Source: an uncultured Alphaproteobacteria bacterium (GTDB taxonomy: Bacteria; Pseudomonadota; Alphaproteobacteria; ATCC43930; CGMCC-115725). From it: 64,000 nt of DNA. Made by a program: the position numbers and the translations under genes. Location: NCBI GenBank assembly GCA_963732095.1, contig CAVSZA010000022.1, forward strand, positions 117,167-181,166. The letters run 5' to 3'. The notes below the pieces were generated by a model, which saw only the letters and a program-made list of their open reading frames with translations, ran no database searches and was not told where the DNA came from. This document shows, piece by piece, positions 55,247 through 64,000 of the stretch. How positions within the stretch are numbered: the stretch's first letter is position 1; every line of letters begins with the position of its first letter.

Positions 55247-56167
55247 TTACCTCTCCAGCCGGATGCGGGGGTCGATCACGGCGTACAGGATGTCGACGAG
55301 CAAATTGACCGTTACGATCATGGCGCCGCCCATGATTACGACGCCCTGAACCACCGGGAAGTCGCGGAACGTAATGCCTTCGTAGAGAAGCCGCCCGATG
55401 CCGGGCCAGGCGAACACGGTCTCTACGACGACGGCCACATTGACCATGATCACCAGATTGATGCCGGCCAATGTCAGCACTGGGATCAAGGCGTTCTTGA
55501 ATGCATGCTTGGCGATGACCAGAGATTCCGGCAATCCCTTTATCCGGGCGAGCTTGACATATTCCGACCCCAGCACTTCGAGCATCGAAGATCGCGTGAG
55601 CCGCATATGAGCGGCAGCGAAATACCAGCCGAGCGCAAAGGCCGGCATGATCAGGTGCAGCGGCGTGCCGGCGCCCGAGGACGGCAGCCACCCCAGATAA
55701 ACCGAGAACACCAAAATCAGGACCAGGCCGACCCAGAAGGACGGCAGCGACAGGCCAAGCAGTGCGAACACTTTTCCTGCACTGTCCCAAAAGCGCCCGA
55801 CCCGTACCGCCGCAAGGATGCCGCTCGGAATGCCGATAAGCAGGGACAGGCCCATCGCAACGACCGCCAGGATCAGCGAGTTGGGCAGCCGGGACAGGTA
55901 GATCTCCATGACCGGCATCCGATAATAGAACGATTGCCCGAGATCGCCGCGCAACAGGCTCGACATGAAGATCCCGTATTGCACCCAAAGCGGCCGATCG
56001 AGGCCGAACTGGTGGTGAATTGCGGCAATGTCCGCTTCGCTCGCGCCGGGCTCGACAAGCAGCGCCGCCGGATCGCCGGTTACGCGGACAAAGAAAAAGA
56101 TCGTCAGCGACAAAAGAAACAGCGAGAGCAGCGAATAACCGACCCGCCTACCGATGTACTGTTTCAT
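55247..56167 (-). CDS. ABC transporter permease (DppB/OppB type)
   Basis: MKQYIGRRVGYSLLSLFLLSLTIFFFVRVTGDP is the canonical DppB N-terminus. 306 aa. Confidence 0.9.
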   Translation of the reverse strand: MKQYIGRRVGYSLLSLFLLSLTIFFFVRVTGDPAALLVEPGASEADIAAIHHQFGLDRPLWVQYGIFMSSLLRGDLGQSFYYRMPVMEIYLSRLPNSLILAVVAMGLSLLIGIPSGILAAVRVGRFWDSAGKVFALLGLSLPSFWVGLVLILVFSVYLGWLPSSGAGTPLHLIMPAFALGWYFAAAHMRLTRSSMLEVLGSEYVKLARIKGLPESLVIAKHAFKNALIPVLTLAGINLVIMVNVAVVVETVFAWPGIGRLLYEGITFRDFPVVQGVVIMGGAMIVTVNLLVDILYAVIDPRIRLER

Positions 56168-56218
56168 GATGCCCTCGGCCCTCGACCACAGACTGACGGG
56201 ATTGGCCTTATCACTACT

Positions 56219-56360
56219 CCCTCTCTGCCCTCGGGGGCGGAGAGGGTCGGGGTGAGGTGGGGGTATCCCCGGCTCCGGATTGCGGAGCCACCCACCTCAC
56301 CCTCCCGGCCGCTGCTGCGCCCGGGCCCCTCCCTCTCCCCCCTGAAGGGCGGAGAGGGGC
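56219..56360. repeat. cluster of three REP-like GC-rich palindromes between binding-protein and permease genes
   Basis: (1) 56219-56246 CCCTCTCTGCC/ctcggg/GGCGGAGAGGG (11 bp, one G-T). (2) 56250-56302 GGGTGAGGTGGG...CCCACCTCACCC (12 bp perfect) enclosing GGCTCCG/gattg/CGGAGCC (56271-56289). (3) 56325-56360 GCCCCTCCCTCTCC.../tgaa/...GGAGAGGGGC (imperfect). The listed ORF 56164..56445 is a translation artefact of this element. Confidence 0.8.
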
Positions 56361-56444
56361 CAAGGATCGGGTCTCGCAATTCCCGGCTTTGCGGCAATAA
56401 CGGGAAACCTGCTGCCACTGGAGCAGTCATTCCAGGGTTAGGCA

Positions 56445-58027
56445 CTACGCACCCTTGATCGTAATGTCCTCGAAGGGCGCCGTATAGGCAAAGCCTGCGA
56501 TCAAGCCGAAAGCAGATTCGCCGACCCGTGGGCCGACGCCGTTGAGAAAGCCGAGCTGCCAGATCGGCGCGTAGATCGACTTCTCGTAGACCAGCTGCTG
56601 CATTTTATCGAGGATTGCCGCGCGCTTCTCGTGATCGATCTCGCCGGCCTGCTGCGGGAAGAGCTCGTCAATGTCGGGATAGCTGCCGTAGGCATAGGCG
56701 CCACCCTTGACGACGAACGAGGCGAGTTGGGTCGCGGCATTGCCGAAGGCGCCGCTCGCTCCTTGTATGATTCCCCGCGTGTACTTCTTGTCGGCATAGC
56801 CCGCGAAGAAGCCGGCGCGCTCGATTGGTTGGAGCTGGGTGCGGATGCCGATCTGCTGGAGGTTGTCGACCGAGACTTCGGCCATGTTCGAGTACGAACT
56901 ATCGCAATACAAAAGTCCGGCGTCGAAACCGTTCGCAAAGCCCGCCTCCGCCAATAATTTTTTCGCCTTGCCGGGATCGTACACGGCGGCCGGCGGCTGC
57001 CAGTAATAGTCGAAAGTGTAAGGAATGACGCTGTTGGTGATTTTACAGTAGCCGAGGAACAATGCTTGGCTCATTCCCTCGCGGTCGATAGCGAGATTGG
57101 CGGCTTGCCGAACCTGCAGTTTGTTCCACGGCGATTTCGGGTCCCATTGCTCAGGGAAGTAGAGCCAATTCGGCGCCTGCAGGACCACGGGCTTGAGGGC
57201 GAGGCCGGGCGTGCGACGGAGCTCCTCAGCGAGTTCGCTGCGGATCGAATAGGCGATATCCACCTCGCCGCGCTTGAGGGCGGCAAGCCGCGTCGCCTCG
57301 TCCGGGATCACCTTCATGACGAGGCGCTTTACGCTGGGAGTCTTGCGCCAATAGTCGTCGAAGGCTTCGAGAACCAGCTCAACGCCGGGCGTGAACGAGA
57401 TAAATTTGTAGGGGCCGGCGCCGATCGGCGCCTTTTTGAAGCCCTCGTCCCCGACCTGCTCAACATATTTCTCGGCACGATCCAGCCGGAGCCGGAAGCG
57501 GTCGAATAAAAGGTGATGAAGTCCGGCCACGGCTTCTTCAGCTTGAAGCGGACATGCTGCGGGTCGGGTGTCTCGATCGCCGCCACATTGTCCTTCATCA
57601 GCTGATGTGCTGCGCCGTGGTAGCGCTCGAAAGAGAACTTTACATCTTCGGCGGTTACCGGCTCGCCATTGTGAAACTTCACCCCCTTGCGCAACACGAA
57701 ATCATAGCCGAGCCCGTCCGGCGACGCCGACCACGACTTGGCGAGGCACGGCGTCTGGGTTTTGCCGGGCATCGGCTTCACCATTGCGTCGTGCAGCGCG
57801 TACAGCACCATGTAGGGGGTAATAAGCGCTTCCGTCTCGGCAGGGTCGAACCAGGTCGGCGCCAAGGAGACGTGGATCGCCCAGGTCAATTCGCCAGTCG
57901 GCGCGGCGGCCCATGCGATCCCGGGAGCGCTGCTTGCAAAGCCGAGGGCCGTTAACGCGAGAACGTCCCGACGCGTCAGATCAGTTTGCTTCGAAATGCC
58001 GTTTCGCGTGCTGCCGCGCGACCCCAT
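56445..58027 (-). pseudogene. ABC substrate-binding protein, family 5 (DppA/OppA-like), copy 1, one frameshift
   Basis: GGAGGAGG upstream of ATG 58027 (MGSRGSTRNGISKQTDLTRRDVLALTALGFASSAPGIAWA, Tat-like). Sense runs to ...GSGWIVP, then continues in ORF 56445..57530 as KYVEQVGDEGFKKAPIGAGPYKF.... Compared with the paralogue's ATATTTCTTGGGCACGA, one base is missing at 57471-57475. Confidence 0.8.
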
Positions 58028-58125
58028 CGAACCTCCTCCACATCGCGGCCTCTTTAGCGAGCCTTGCTCCGAACCTAGACGACCACTTCGAAAATGTCTC
58101 CACGATTCTAGCGAGATGAGACGGG

Positions 58126-59673
58126 TCATGTGCCGTTGACCGTGATGTCTTCGTAAGGCCCGGTGTAGGCGAAATCCTTGATCAAATCGAACCCGGACTC
58201 GCCGACCCGGGGTCCGACGCCGTTGATGAACGCCAGCTGCCATATCGGCGCGACCACCGATTTGTCGTGCACCAGCTGCTGCATTCTCTCAAGCACCGCC
58301 GCTCGTCGCTTGTGGTCGAGCTCTGCGGCCTGCTGCGGCGCCAATGCATCGATGTCGGGATAGCTGCCATAGACATAGGTCCCACCTTTGACGATGAAGG
58401 CGTCGAGGCGCGTGGCAGCATTGCCAAAGGCGCCGCTGCCGCATTGGATGAGGTTCTTGTACGCCTTGTCGCCCCAGCCCTTCAAAAACGCGGCGCGCTC
58501 GATGGGACGCAGGCTAGCGCGAATTCCAACCTCCTGGAGGTTATTGAGCACGGCTTCGCCGACATTCGCGTAGGACGAGTTGCAATAATAATCGCCGGCA
58601 TCGAAGCCGCCGGGATGCCCCGCCTCAGCGAGCAACTGCTTGGCCTTGGCCTGATCGTAAACGGCTGGCGGCGGCTGCCAGTAGAAATCGTAACCGACAG
58701 GAACGATGCTGTTGGTGAGTTTCGAGTAGCCAAGCGTCAGCGCCTCGTTGATCGTCTCGCGGTCGAGGGCAAGATTGGCAGCCTGCCGCACCCGCTCGTC
58801 ATGCCAAGGCGATTGCGGGTCCCACTGATCGGCGAAATAGAGCCAGAAGGTCGCCGGCGAAGCCACCGGCTTGAGGGTAAGCCCCGGTGTGCTGCGCAGC
58901 TCCTCGGCCAGCTCGCCGCGGATCGAGTACACGATGTCGACCTCGCCGCGCTTCAGTGCCGCCAGCCGGGTCAACTCTTCCGGTATGACCTTGAACACCA
59001 GGCGTTTGACACTGGGAGGCTTGCGCCAGTACTGGTCGAACGCCTCGAATACCAATTCGACGCCGGGCGTGAACGAGACAAACTTGTAGGGGCCGGCGCC
59101 AATGGGCGCCTTTTTGAACCCGTCGTCTCCGACCCGCTCGATGTACTTCTTGGGCACGATCCAGCCGGCTCCAGTGGCCGTCGCGTAAAATGTCAGAAAA
59201 TCGGGCCACGGCGCTTTGAGGGTGAAGCGGATGTGCCGCGGATCGGGGGTTTCGATATTCGCCACCCGGTCCTGCACCAGCGAGTGCGAGGCGCCGCGGT
59301 ACCGCTCGAACGAGAATTTGACGTCCTCGGCAGTGATCGGGTCGCCGTTGTGAAATTTTACCCCCTGGCGCAGCACGAAATCATAAGAGCGCCCGTCCTC
59401 GGCCGCCGAGAACGACTCGGCCAGGCACGCTGCCAGCGGTTGGCCCGGCATCGGCTTCACCATTGCGTCGTGGAGCGCGTACAGGATCATGAACGGCGTG
59501 ATGAGCCCTGGTGTCTCGGCTGGATCGAACCAGGTGGGCGCCAATGAGACATGGATGCCCCATGTCAGCTGCCCCTGCGACCCCGCCGCCTGCGTCAAGC
59601 CAGGAGCGCCGGCGATCAGGCCCAACGCGCTCAGCGCGAGAAGCTCCCGCCGGGTCAGCTTGGATTTTGCCAT
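58126..59673 (-). CDS. ABC substrate-binding protein, family 5, copy 2
   Basis: GGAGGAGG then ATG 59673 (MAKSKLTRRELLALSALGLIAGAPGLTQA). Co-linear with copies 1 and 3 (GQLTWGIHVSLAPTWFDPAET...). Confidence 0.9.
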   Translation of the reverse strand: MAKSKLTRRELLALSALGLIAGAPGLTQAAGSQGQLTWGIHVSLAPTWFDPAETPGLITPFMILYALHDAMVKPMPGQPLAACLAESFSAAEDGRSYDFVLRQGVKFHNGDPITAEDVKFSFERYRGASHSLVQDRVANIETPDPRHIRFTLKAPWPDFLTFYATATGAGWIVPKKYIERVGDDGFKKAPIGAGPYKFVSFTPGVELVFEAFDQYWRKPPSVKRLVFKVIPEELTRLAALKRGEVDIVYSIRGELAEELRSTPGLTLKPVASPATFWLYFADQWDPQSPWHDERVRQAANLALDRETINEALTLGYSKLTNSIVPVGYDFYWQPPPAVYDQAKAKQLLAEAGHPGGFDAGDYYCNSSYANVGEAVLNNLQEVGIRASLRPIERAAFLKGWGDKAYKNLIQCGSGAFGNAATRLDAFIVKGGTYVYGSYPDIDALAPQQAAELDHKRRAAVLERMQQLVHDKSVVAPIWQLAFINGVGPRVGESGFDLIKDFAYTGPYEDITVNGT

Positions 59674-59769
59674 AGCCTCCTCCATTCAGCCGGCCCTATT
59701 TTCGAGCCTTGCACATAAGGTAGGCCAGCAATGCGCCAATGTCACGGCTCTAGCAAGAAGCCCCTGGCG

Positions 59770-61362
59770 TTACGCTCCTTTCAACGTGATGTCCTCGTAG
59801 GGCGCGGTGTAGGGGAAGCGGGCGATCAACCCGAATCCTGATTCTCCGACGCGTGGGCCGACGCCGTTGATAAAGGCCAATTGCCAGATCGGCGCGTAGA
59901 TCGTCCGCTCGTACACCGCCTGCTGCATTTTGTGCAGGATCACTTCGCGCTTCTTATGGTCGAGTTCGACTGCCTGCTGCTGATAGAGCTGGTCGAGATC
60001 AGGGTAGTTGCCGTAAACAAAAACGCCGCCCTTGGCTAAATGAGCTTCGAGGCGGGTTGCGGCGTTGCCAAAAGCGCCCGGACCCGCCTGAATGATGTTC
60101 TTGAACGTCCTTTCGGCGTATCCCTTGATAAAGGCCGCCCGCTCGATCGGCCGAAGTTTTGGGCGAATTCCGACCGCCTGCAAGTTATCGAGCACCGCCT
60201 CGCCGATGTTCGCGTACGAAGAGTCGCAATAATAATCGCCAGCGTCGAAGCCGTTGGGGTAACCCGCCTCGGCGAGCAGCTGCTTCGCCTTTTCCGGGTC
60301 GTAGACCGGGGCCGGCGGCTGCCAGAAGAACTCGTAATGGTCCGGAACGAGCGGGTTGCCGGTGATCAGCGAATAGCCGAGGGTCAATGCCTCGTTTGTG
60401 CCCTGACGGTCGATCGCCAGACTGGCGGCCCGCCGCACCCGCTCGTCATGCCACGGTGATTTCGGATCCCACTGGTCGGGGAAATAGAGGCAAAACACGC
60501 CCTGCACGACCGCCGGCTTCAAAGTGAGCCCCGGCGTGCGCTGGAGTTCCTCGGCGAGCTCGCCGCGGACCGAATAGACGATGTCGATCTCGCCGCGTTT
60601 GAGAGCGGCCAGCCGCGTGCTCTCGTCGGGGATCACCTTGAAGACCAGCCGTTTCACATTAGGCACCTTGCGCCAATACTGGTCGAACGCCTCCAATACC
60701 AGCTCGACGCCCGGATTGAACGAGACGAATTTGTAAGGCCCGGCGCCGATCGGCGCCTTTTTGAACCCGTCCTCCCCGACTTTTTCGACATATTTCTTGG
60801 GCACGATCCAGCCGGCGGCGGTCGCGCTCGCATAGAAAGTCAGGAAGTCCGGCCACGGCCTTTTGAGCTTGAAGCGAACGTGCCGGGCGTCGGGGATCTC
60901 CACTGCGGCGACCCGCTCCATCATCAAATCATGCGAGGCGCCGCGATAGCGTTCGAACGAAAATTTGACGTCCTCCGCCGTCACCGGGTCGCCATTGTGG
61001 AACAGCGTGCCCTGGCGCAACGTGAAATCATAGGTGAGACCGTCTTCCGACGCAGACCACGCCTCGGCAAGGCTTGGCGCCGGAGACTGGCCCGGCATCA
61101 ATTTCACCATCGCGTCGTGCAGCGCGTAGAGCACCATGAACGGCGTGATGATCCCCGAGACGTCTGCCGGGTCGAACCACACCGGCGCGAGCGACACATG
61201 CACGCCCCAGGTCAACAGCCCGTTCGGTCCTGCGGCGATTGCCGAGCCCGGCGCGCCGGCGACCAGACCAAGCGCGGCAAGGGCGAGGATATCGCGGCGC
61301 CTCATGCCAGCGGTATCCACATAGGGGGCAAGCTTGTCGCGATCGTGCACAAACGACTGCAT
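59770..61362 (-). CDS. ABC substrate-binding protein, family 5, copy 3
   Basis: The ORF-track start 61374 is TTG. ATG 61362 follows GGAGG, and ATG 61305 (MRRRDILALAALGLVAGAPGSAIA) is also possible. Full-length paralogue of copy 2. Confidence 0.9.
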   Translation of the reverse strand: MQSFVHDRDKLAPYVDTAGMRRRDILALAALGLVAGAPGSAIAAGPNGLLTWGVHVSLAPVWFDPADVSGIITPFMVLYALHDAMVKLMPGQSPAPSLAEAWSASEDGLTYDFTLRQGTLFHNGDPVTAEDVKFSFERYRGASHDLMMERVAAVEIPDARHVRFKLKRPWPDFLTFYASATAAGWIVPKKYVEKVGEDGFKKAPIGAGPYKFVSFNPGVELVLEAFDQYWRKVPNVKRLVFKVIPDESTRLAALKRGEIDIVYSVRGELAEELQRTPGLTLKPAVVQGVFCLYFPDQWDPKSPWHDERVRRAASLAIDRQGTNEALTLGYSLITGNPLVPDHYEFFWQPPAPVYDPEKAKQLLAEAGYPNGFDAGDYYCDSSYANIGEAVLDNLQAVGIRPKLRPIERAAFIKGYAERTFKNIIQAGPGAFGNAATRLEAHLAKGGVFVYGNYPDLDQLYQQQAVELDHKKREVILHKMQQAVYERTIYAPIWQLAFINGVGPRVGESGFGLIARFPYTAPYEDITLKGA

Positions 61363-61499
61363 CTCCTCCTCCAACGCAGACGCCCCTTAGTGCTGGGCTT
61401 GTCCCGACTTTAGACCAGCTTTTGAACGAGTGTCTCCCGCATTCTTCCAGCCTATGGCAATGGCTCGTAAACCCAGATTTGGATCGCTATTTTCGCGAG

Positions 61500-61688
61500 A
61501 TGAAGGTAAGGGAGGTTTTACGGTTGCTCTATGACGACGGCTGGTATGTGGTCGCGACGAGGGGAAGTCATCGTCAGTTCAAACATCCGACGAAATCTGG
61601 CCGGGTCACGGTTGCCGGCAAGCCCAGCGATGATCTAGCTGCCGGAACCCTCGGCAGCATTCTGAAGCAGGCTGGCCTCAAACAGTGA
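61500..61688 (+). CDS. hicA: HicA-family mRNA interferase toxin
   Basis: MKVREVLRLLYDDGWYVVATRGSHRQFKHPTKSGRVTVAGKPSDDLAAGTLGSILKQAGLKQ is the canonical HicA (GSHRQFKHP...VTV.GK...GTL.SILKQAGL). The upstream part of ORF 61239..61688 is not credible. Confidence 0.9.
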   Translation: MKVREVLRLLYDDGWYVVATRGSHRQFKHPTKSGRVTVAGKPSDDLAAGTLGSILKQAGLKQ

Positions 61689-61695
61689 GGAATCC

Positions 61696-61908
61696 ATGCG
61701 ATATGCAGTAGTCATCGAAAAGGCCGAGAACAATTATTCAGCTTATGTGCCGGATTTGCCCGGATGCATTGCCACAGGTGCAACGGCCGAGGAAGCAGAG
61801 CAACTGATCAGAGAGGCGATAGAATTCCACTTGACGGGCTTACGGGAAGACGGCCTGCCTATTCCGCAGCCATCGAGTCAGGTCGAATATATCGAGGTGG
61901 CCACATGA
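61696..61908 (+). CDS. hicB: HicB-family antitoxin (short form, no appended DNA-binding domain visible)
   Basis: MRYAVVIEKAENNYSAYVPDLPGCIATGATAEEAEQLIREAIEFHLTGLREDGLPIPQP is the HicB RNase-H-like fold motif. 7 nt after hicA. Confidence 0.9.
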   Translation: MRYAVVIEKAENNYSAYVPDLPGCIATGATAEEAEQLIREAIEFHLTGLREDGLPIPQPSSQVEYIEVAT

Positions 61909-62009
61909 CATTACCAATTCTCGGTAATTAGCCGCGACCCCACCGGCTTCGCGCGAGCCAGCAAATTGGGCTAGGACGCCGCGAGTGCATTACTGCAGGG
62001 GAGGGCCTC

Positions 62010-62835
62010 ATGACGACCGACCGCATGGAGCATCCGATCGTCCACTTCGTCGGCAGCATCTCGTTGCCGGACGCCGAAGCCGTGTTCCGCACGCTCGCCG
62101 AAGCGGTTGGGCCCTATCTGCTGCGCTTGCCCGACGGCGAGACCGGCATCCGCAAGACCTGGATCCGCTTTTTGCAGCAGGTTCTTGCCGAAAACCCGGC
62201 GATCGAGGTCGCCACCGACGTGCCGCCCTTCAAATTCACGCAATGGGACGGCAAGGTACTGCGCGAAATCCCGCGGCTGCGCATCAAGCCGGCGCCAAGC
62301 CCGATCCCAGCACGTTCAAGCGGCTGCAGACAGCCGCTGTCATTCCCGCGAATGTGAAGTTCCAGGTCTCGCTACCGACGCCGATCGCGCCAACCTACAA
62401 CAACATGGTGCCGGCGGACCGGCCGATGCTGTTGCCCGCGCTCACGGAGCACCTCATCGGCGAGGTCGAGAAGATCGCTAGAGCAATCCCCAATTATCGC
62501 CTCGCCGTGCAATGGGATGTGAGCCAGGAAGCTATGGCAGCCCCGCCGACGAGCACGTCGTTCAGCCCAAAAACATGGGCATCATGGTCGAGATGGCCAA
62601 TGCGATCGGCGGCAGGGTCAAGCCTCCGATCCAATTCTTTCATATGCCGGTGCCCAAGAGCGGGACCGATGACGGCTATTCCGCGCCGCTCGAAAATCTG
62701 CGCCTGGGCGCGGAGACTGCGCTTTACCTAGGCCTCATCCATCACGACGACGCGCGAGGCGATGCGGCGCGGCTGCCCTCGCTCCCAGCGGCACACGTTG
62801 ACGGCCCAACTCGCTGCTTAGACGCAGCTGCTGAT
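62010..62835 (+). pseudogene. hypothetical protein gene broken by at least two frameshifts; 3' end uncertain
   Basis: GGGGAGGG then ATG 62010. Sense passes through three frames: MTTDRMEHPIVHFVGSISLPDAEAVFRTLAEAVGPYLLRLPDGETGIRKTWIRFLQQVLAENPAIEVATDVPPFKFTQWDGKVLREIPRLRIKP, then AKPDPSTFKRLQTAAVIPANVKFQVSLPTPIAPTYNNMVPADRPMLLPALTEHLIGEVEKIARAIPNYRLAVQWDVSQE, then YGSPADEHVVQPKNMGIMVEMANAIGGRVKPPIQFFHMPVPKSGTDDGYSAPLENLRLGAETALYLGLIHHDD. Shifts near 62288-62292 and 62525-62540. Confidence 0.55.
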
Positions 62836-64000
62836 TACTCGAACAGTGGAAGGCGCGTCTGGGCGAATTCCTCCACTGCTTCGACGAGCTTGTCGTGGTC
62901 GGTTTCGTCGAGGGCGATGGAGAGGGCGAACATGCCGCGTTTGGCGAACCAGATGCCACGCGCGAGGAGGTCGAAATAGAAGAGGTCGCGCAATGTGCCA
63001 TTGCCGCGTTCAGCGTCTTCCTGTGAGCGGATCGGACCATCGGTCATGTGCACTGCGATCATCGAGCCGAGCCCGGTGAACTGCATTGCAAGCCGATGTC
63101 GGTGTGCCACTGCATTGAGCCGCTCGCGCAAGTGATCGCCCGCGGCATTGAGGGCACGGGCGCGCTCGGGTGTGTAGATCTCGGTCAGACCGACGAGCCC
63201 GGCATTCATCGTCAGCACATTGTTGTTGAAGGTGCCGGCGTGCTGGAAGGCGTCGGGCCGACGCGGGTCGAAGCGCTCCATCAGATCGGCGCGCCCACCA
63301 AAAGCGCCAAAGCTCATGCCGCCGCCGACATATTTGCCCAATGTCGTCAGGTCGGCCAGGACGCCGTGAGCTTCCTGCAATCCGCCTGGCGCCAGGCGCG
63401 AGGTCATGACCTCGTCAAAGATCAACAGCGCCCCGCTTTCGCTTGCCAATGCCCGTAACCCGGCGAGAAACGAGCGCTCCGCCGGGATGCAGCCGGTGGT
63501 GCCCTGCATCGGCTCGATCAGGATCGCAGCGAGCTTGCCTCGGTGCGGCCGCACCAACGCCTCGACCGCATCGAGGTCGTTGTATTTTCCGAGCAGATAC
63601 TCGAAAGGCGCATTGAGCGCACTGCCATGGCCGCGGAAATAAAACACGCCGCCATGATACCCGCCCTTGAACACCAGGACCTTCGGCCGGCCGGTGATCG
63701 CCCGCGCCGCACTGACCGCCATCAGATTGGCCTCGGTTCCGGAATTGGTGAAGCGCACCAGTTCGATCGACGGGAAGCGCGCGCAGATTGCCGCGGCAAA
63801 GCGCGCCTCGGTCGCATTGTGCGCGCCAAAATTGAGGCCCTGATCGAGCGCCGCCTCGATCGCCCGCCGGATCGCTGGATGCGAATGGCCGAAGATCCCG
63901 GCGGTGAACTCACTGAGGAAATCGACATATTCGTGCCCGTCGATATCCCACAGCCGCGCTCCCTCGCCGCGCGCCATCGTCAACGGAAACGGATCGACAT
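62835..64000 (-). CDS. class-III (PLP) aminotransferase, glutamate-1-semialdehyde aminomutase-like; 5' end outside the window
   Basis: The frame stays open upstream of the listed Met to the window edge (...VDPFPLTMARGEGARLWDIDGHEYVDFLSEFTAGIFGHSHPAI...). FTNSGTEANLMAVSAARAITGR, LLIFDEVMTSR and LGKYVGGGMSFGAFGG (PLP-Lys region). Confidence 0.85.
   Translation of the reverse strand, partial: VDPFPLTMARGEGARLWDIDGHEYVDFLSEFTAGIFGHSHPAIRRAIEAALDQGLNFGAHNATEARFAAAICARFPSIELVRFTNSGTEANLMAVSAARAITGRPKVLVFKGGYHGGVFYFRGHGSALNAPFEYLLGKYNDLDAVEALVRPHRGKLAAILIEPMQGTTGCIPAERSFLAGLRALASESGALLIFDEVMTSRLAPGGLQEAHGVLADLTTLGKYVGGGMSFGAFGGRADLMERFDPRRPDAFQHAGTFNNNVLTMNAGLVGLTEIYTPERARALNAAGDHLRERLNAVAHRHRLAMQFTGLGSMIAVHMTDGPIRSQEDAERGNGTLRDLFYFDLLARGIWFAKRGMFALSIALDETDHDKLVEAVEEFAQTRLPLFE

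Noticed and set aside
56164-56445. 93-aa ORF on the minus strand between permease and binding-protein genes.
   Set aside because: It is entirely made of the REP-like palindromes (translation GEREGPGRSSGREGEVGG...). It is a structural repeat, not a gene.
1-64000. tRNA, rRNA, tmRNA, riboswitches, prophage or integrase-bounded island, and recognisable defence systems (RM, CBASS, Abi, retron and similar).
   Set aside because: Scanning intergenic regions by eye, I found no cloverleaf-like T-loop/anticodon arrangement, no rRNA-like sequence, no integrase or phage structural genes, and no defence-type domains beyond the two TA modules. A proper covariance-model or HMM scan is still needed to exclude small RNAs.

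Overview
GC-rich alphaproteobacterial chromosome segment. Gene content and CCCTCTCC/GGAGAGGG-type intergenic palindromes suggest a Rhizobiales/Bradyrhizobiaceae-like organism, but that is inference. I can support about 60 protein-coding loci and found no rRNA, tRNA or CRISPR. Housekeeping blocks: guaB-rsmB-guaA, ligD-ku (NHEJ), dctA, hsp20-lon, and fhs with a 5-formyl-THF cyclo-ligase. Accessory blocks: an EmrA-type adaptor at the left edge; a four-gene FUSC/AaeXAB-like efflux operon with its own outer-membrane factor; a Dpp/Opp-type ABC importer preceded by three tandem paralogous binding proteins; an enolase-superfamily/dehydrogenase/amidase cluster; intact hicAB and a decayed MNT-HepT pair; an orphan Flp pilin gene below the ORF-track cutoff; and a 5'-truncated IS4-family transposase beside a decayed copy of the efflux OMF gene. 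The dominant unusual signal is gene decay. About 15 loci are interrupted by single-base frameshifts, in-frame TAG/TAA codons or truncations, while core genes are intact. The second signal is two adjacent secreted low-complexity proteins, one with nine H-G(n)-F repeats that may bind metal. I did not find a complete novel multi-gene system, so candidates carry modest scores. All frameshift and stop positions come from my own reading of the sequence, and functional calls rest on motif recognition, not database searches.
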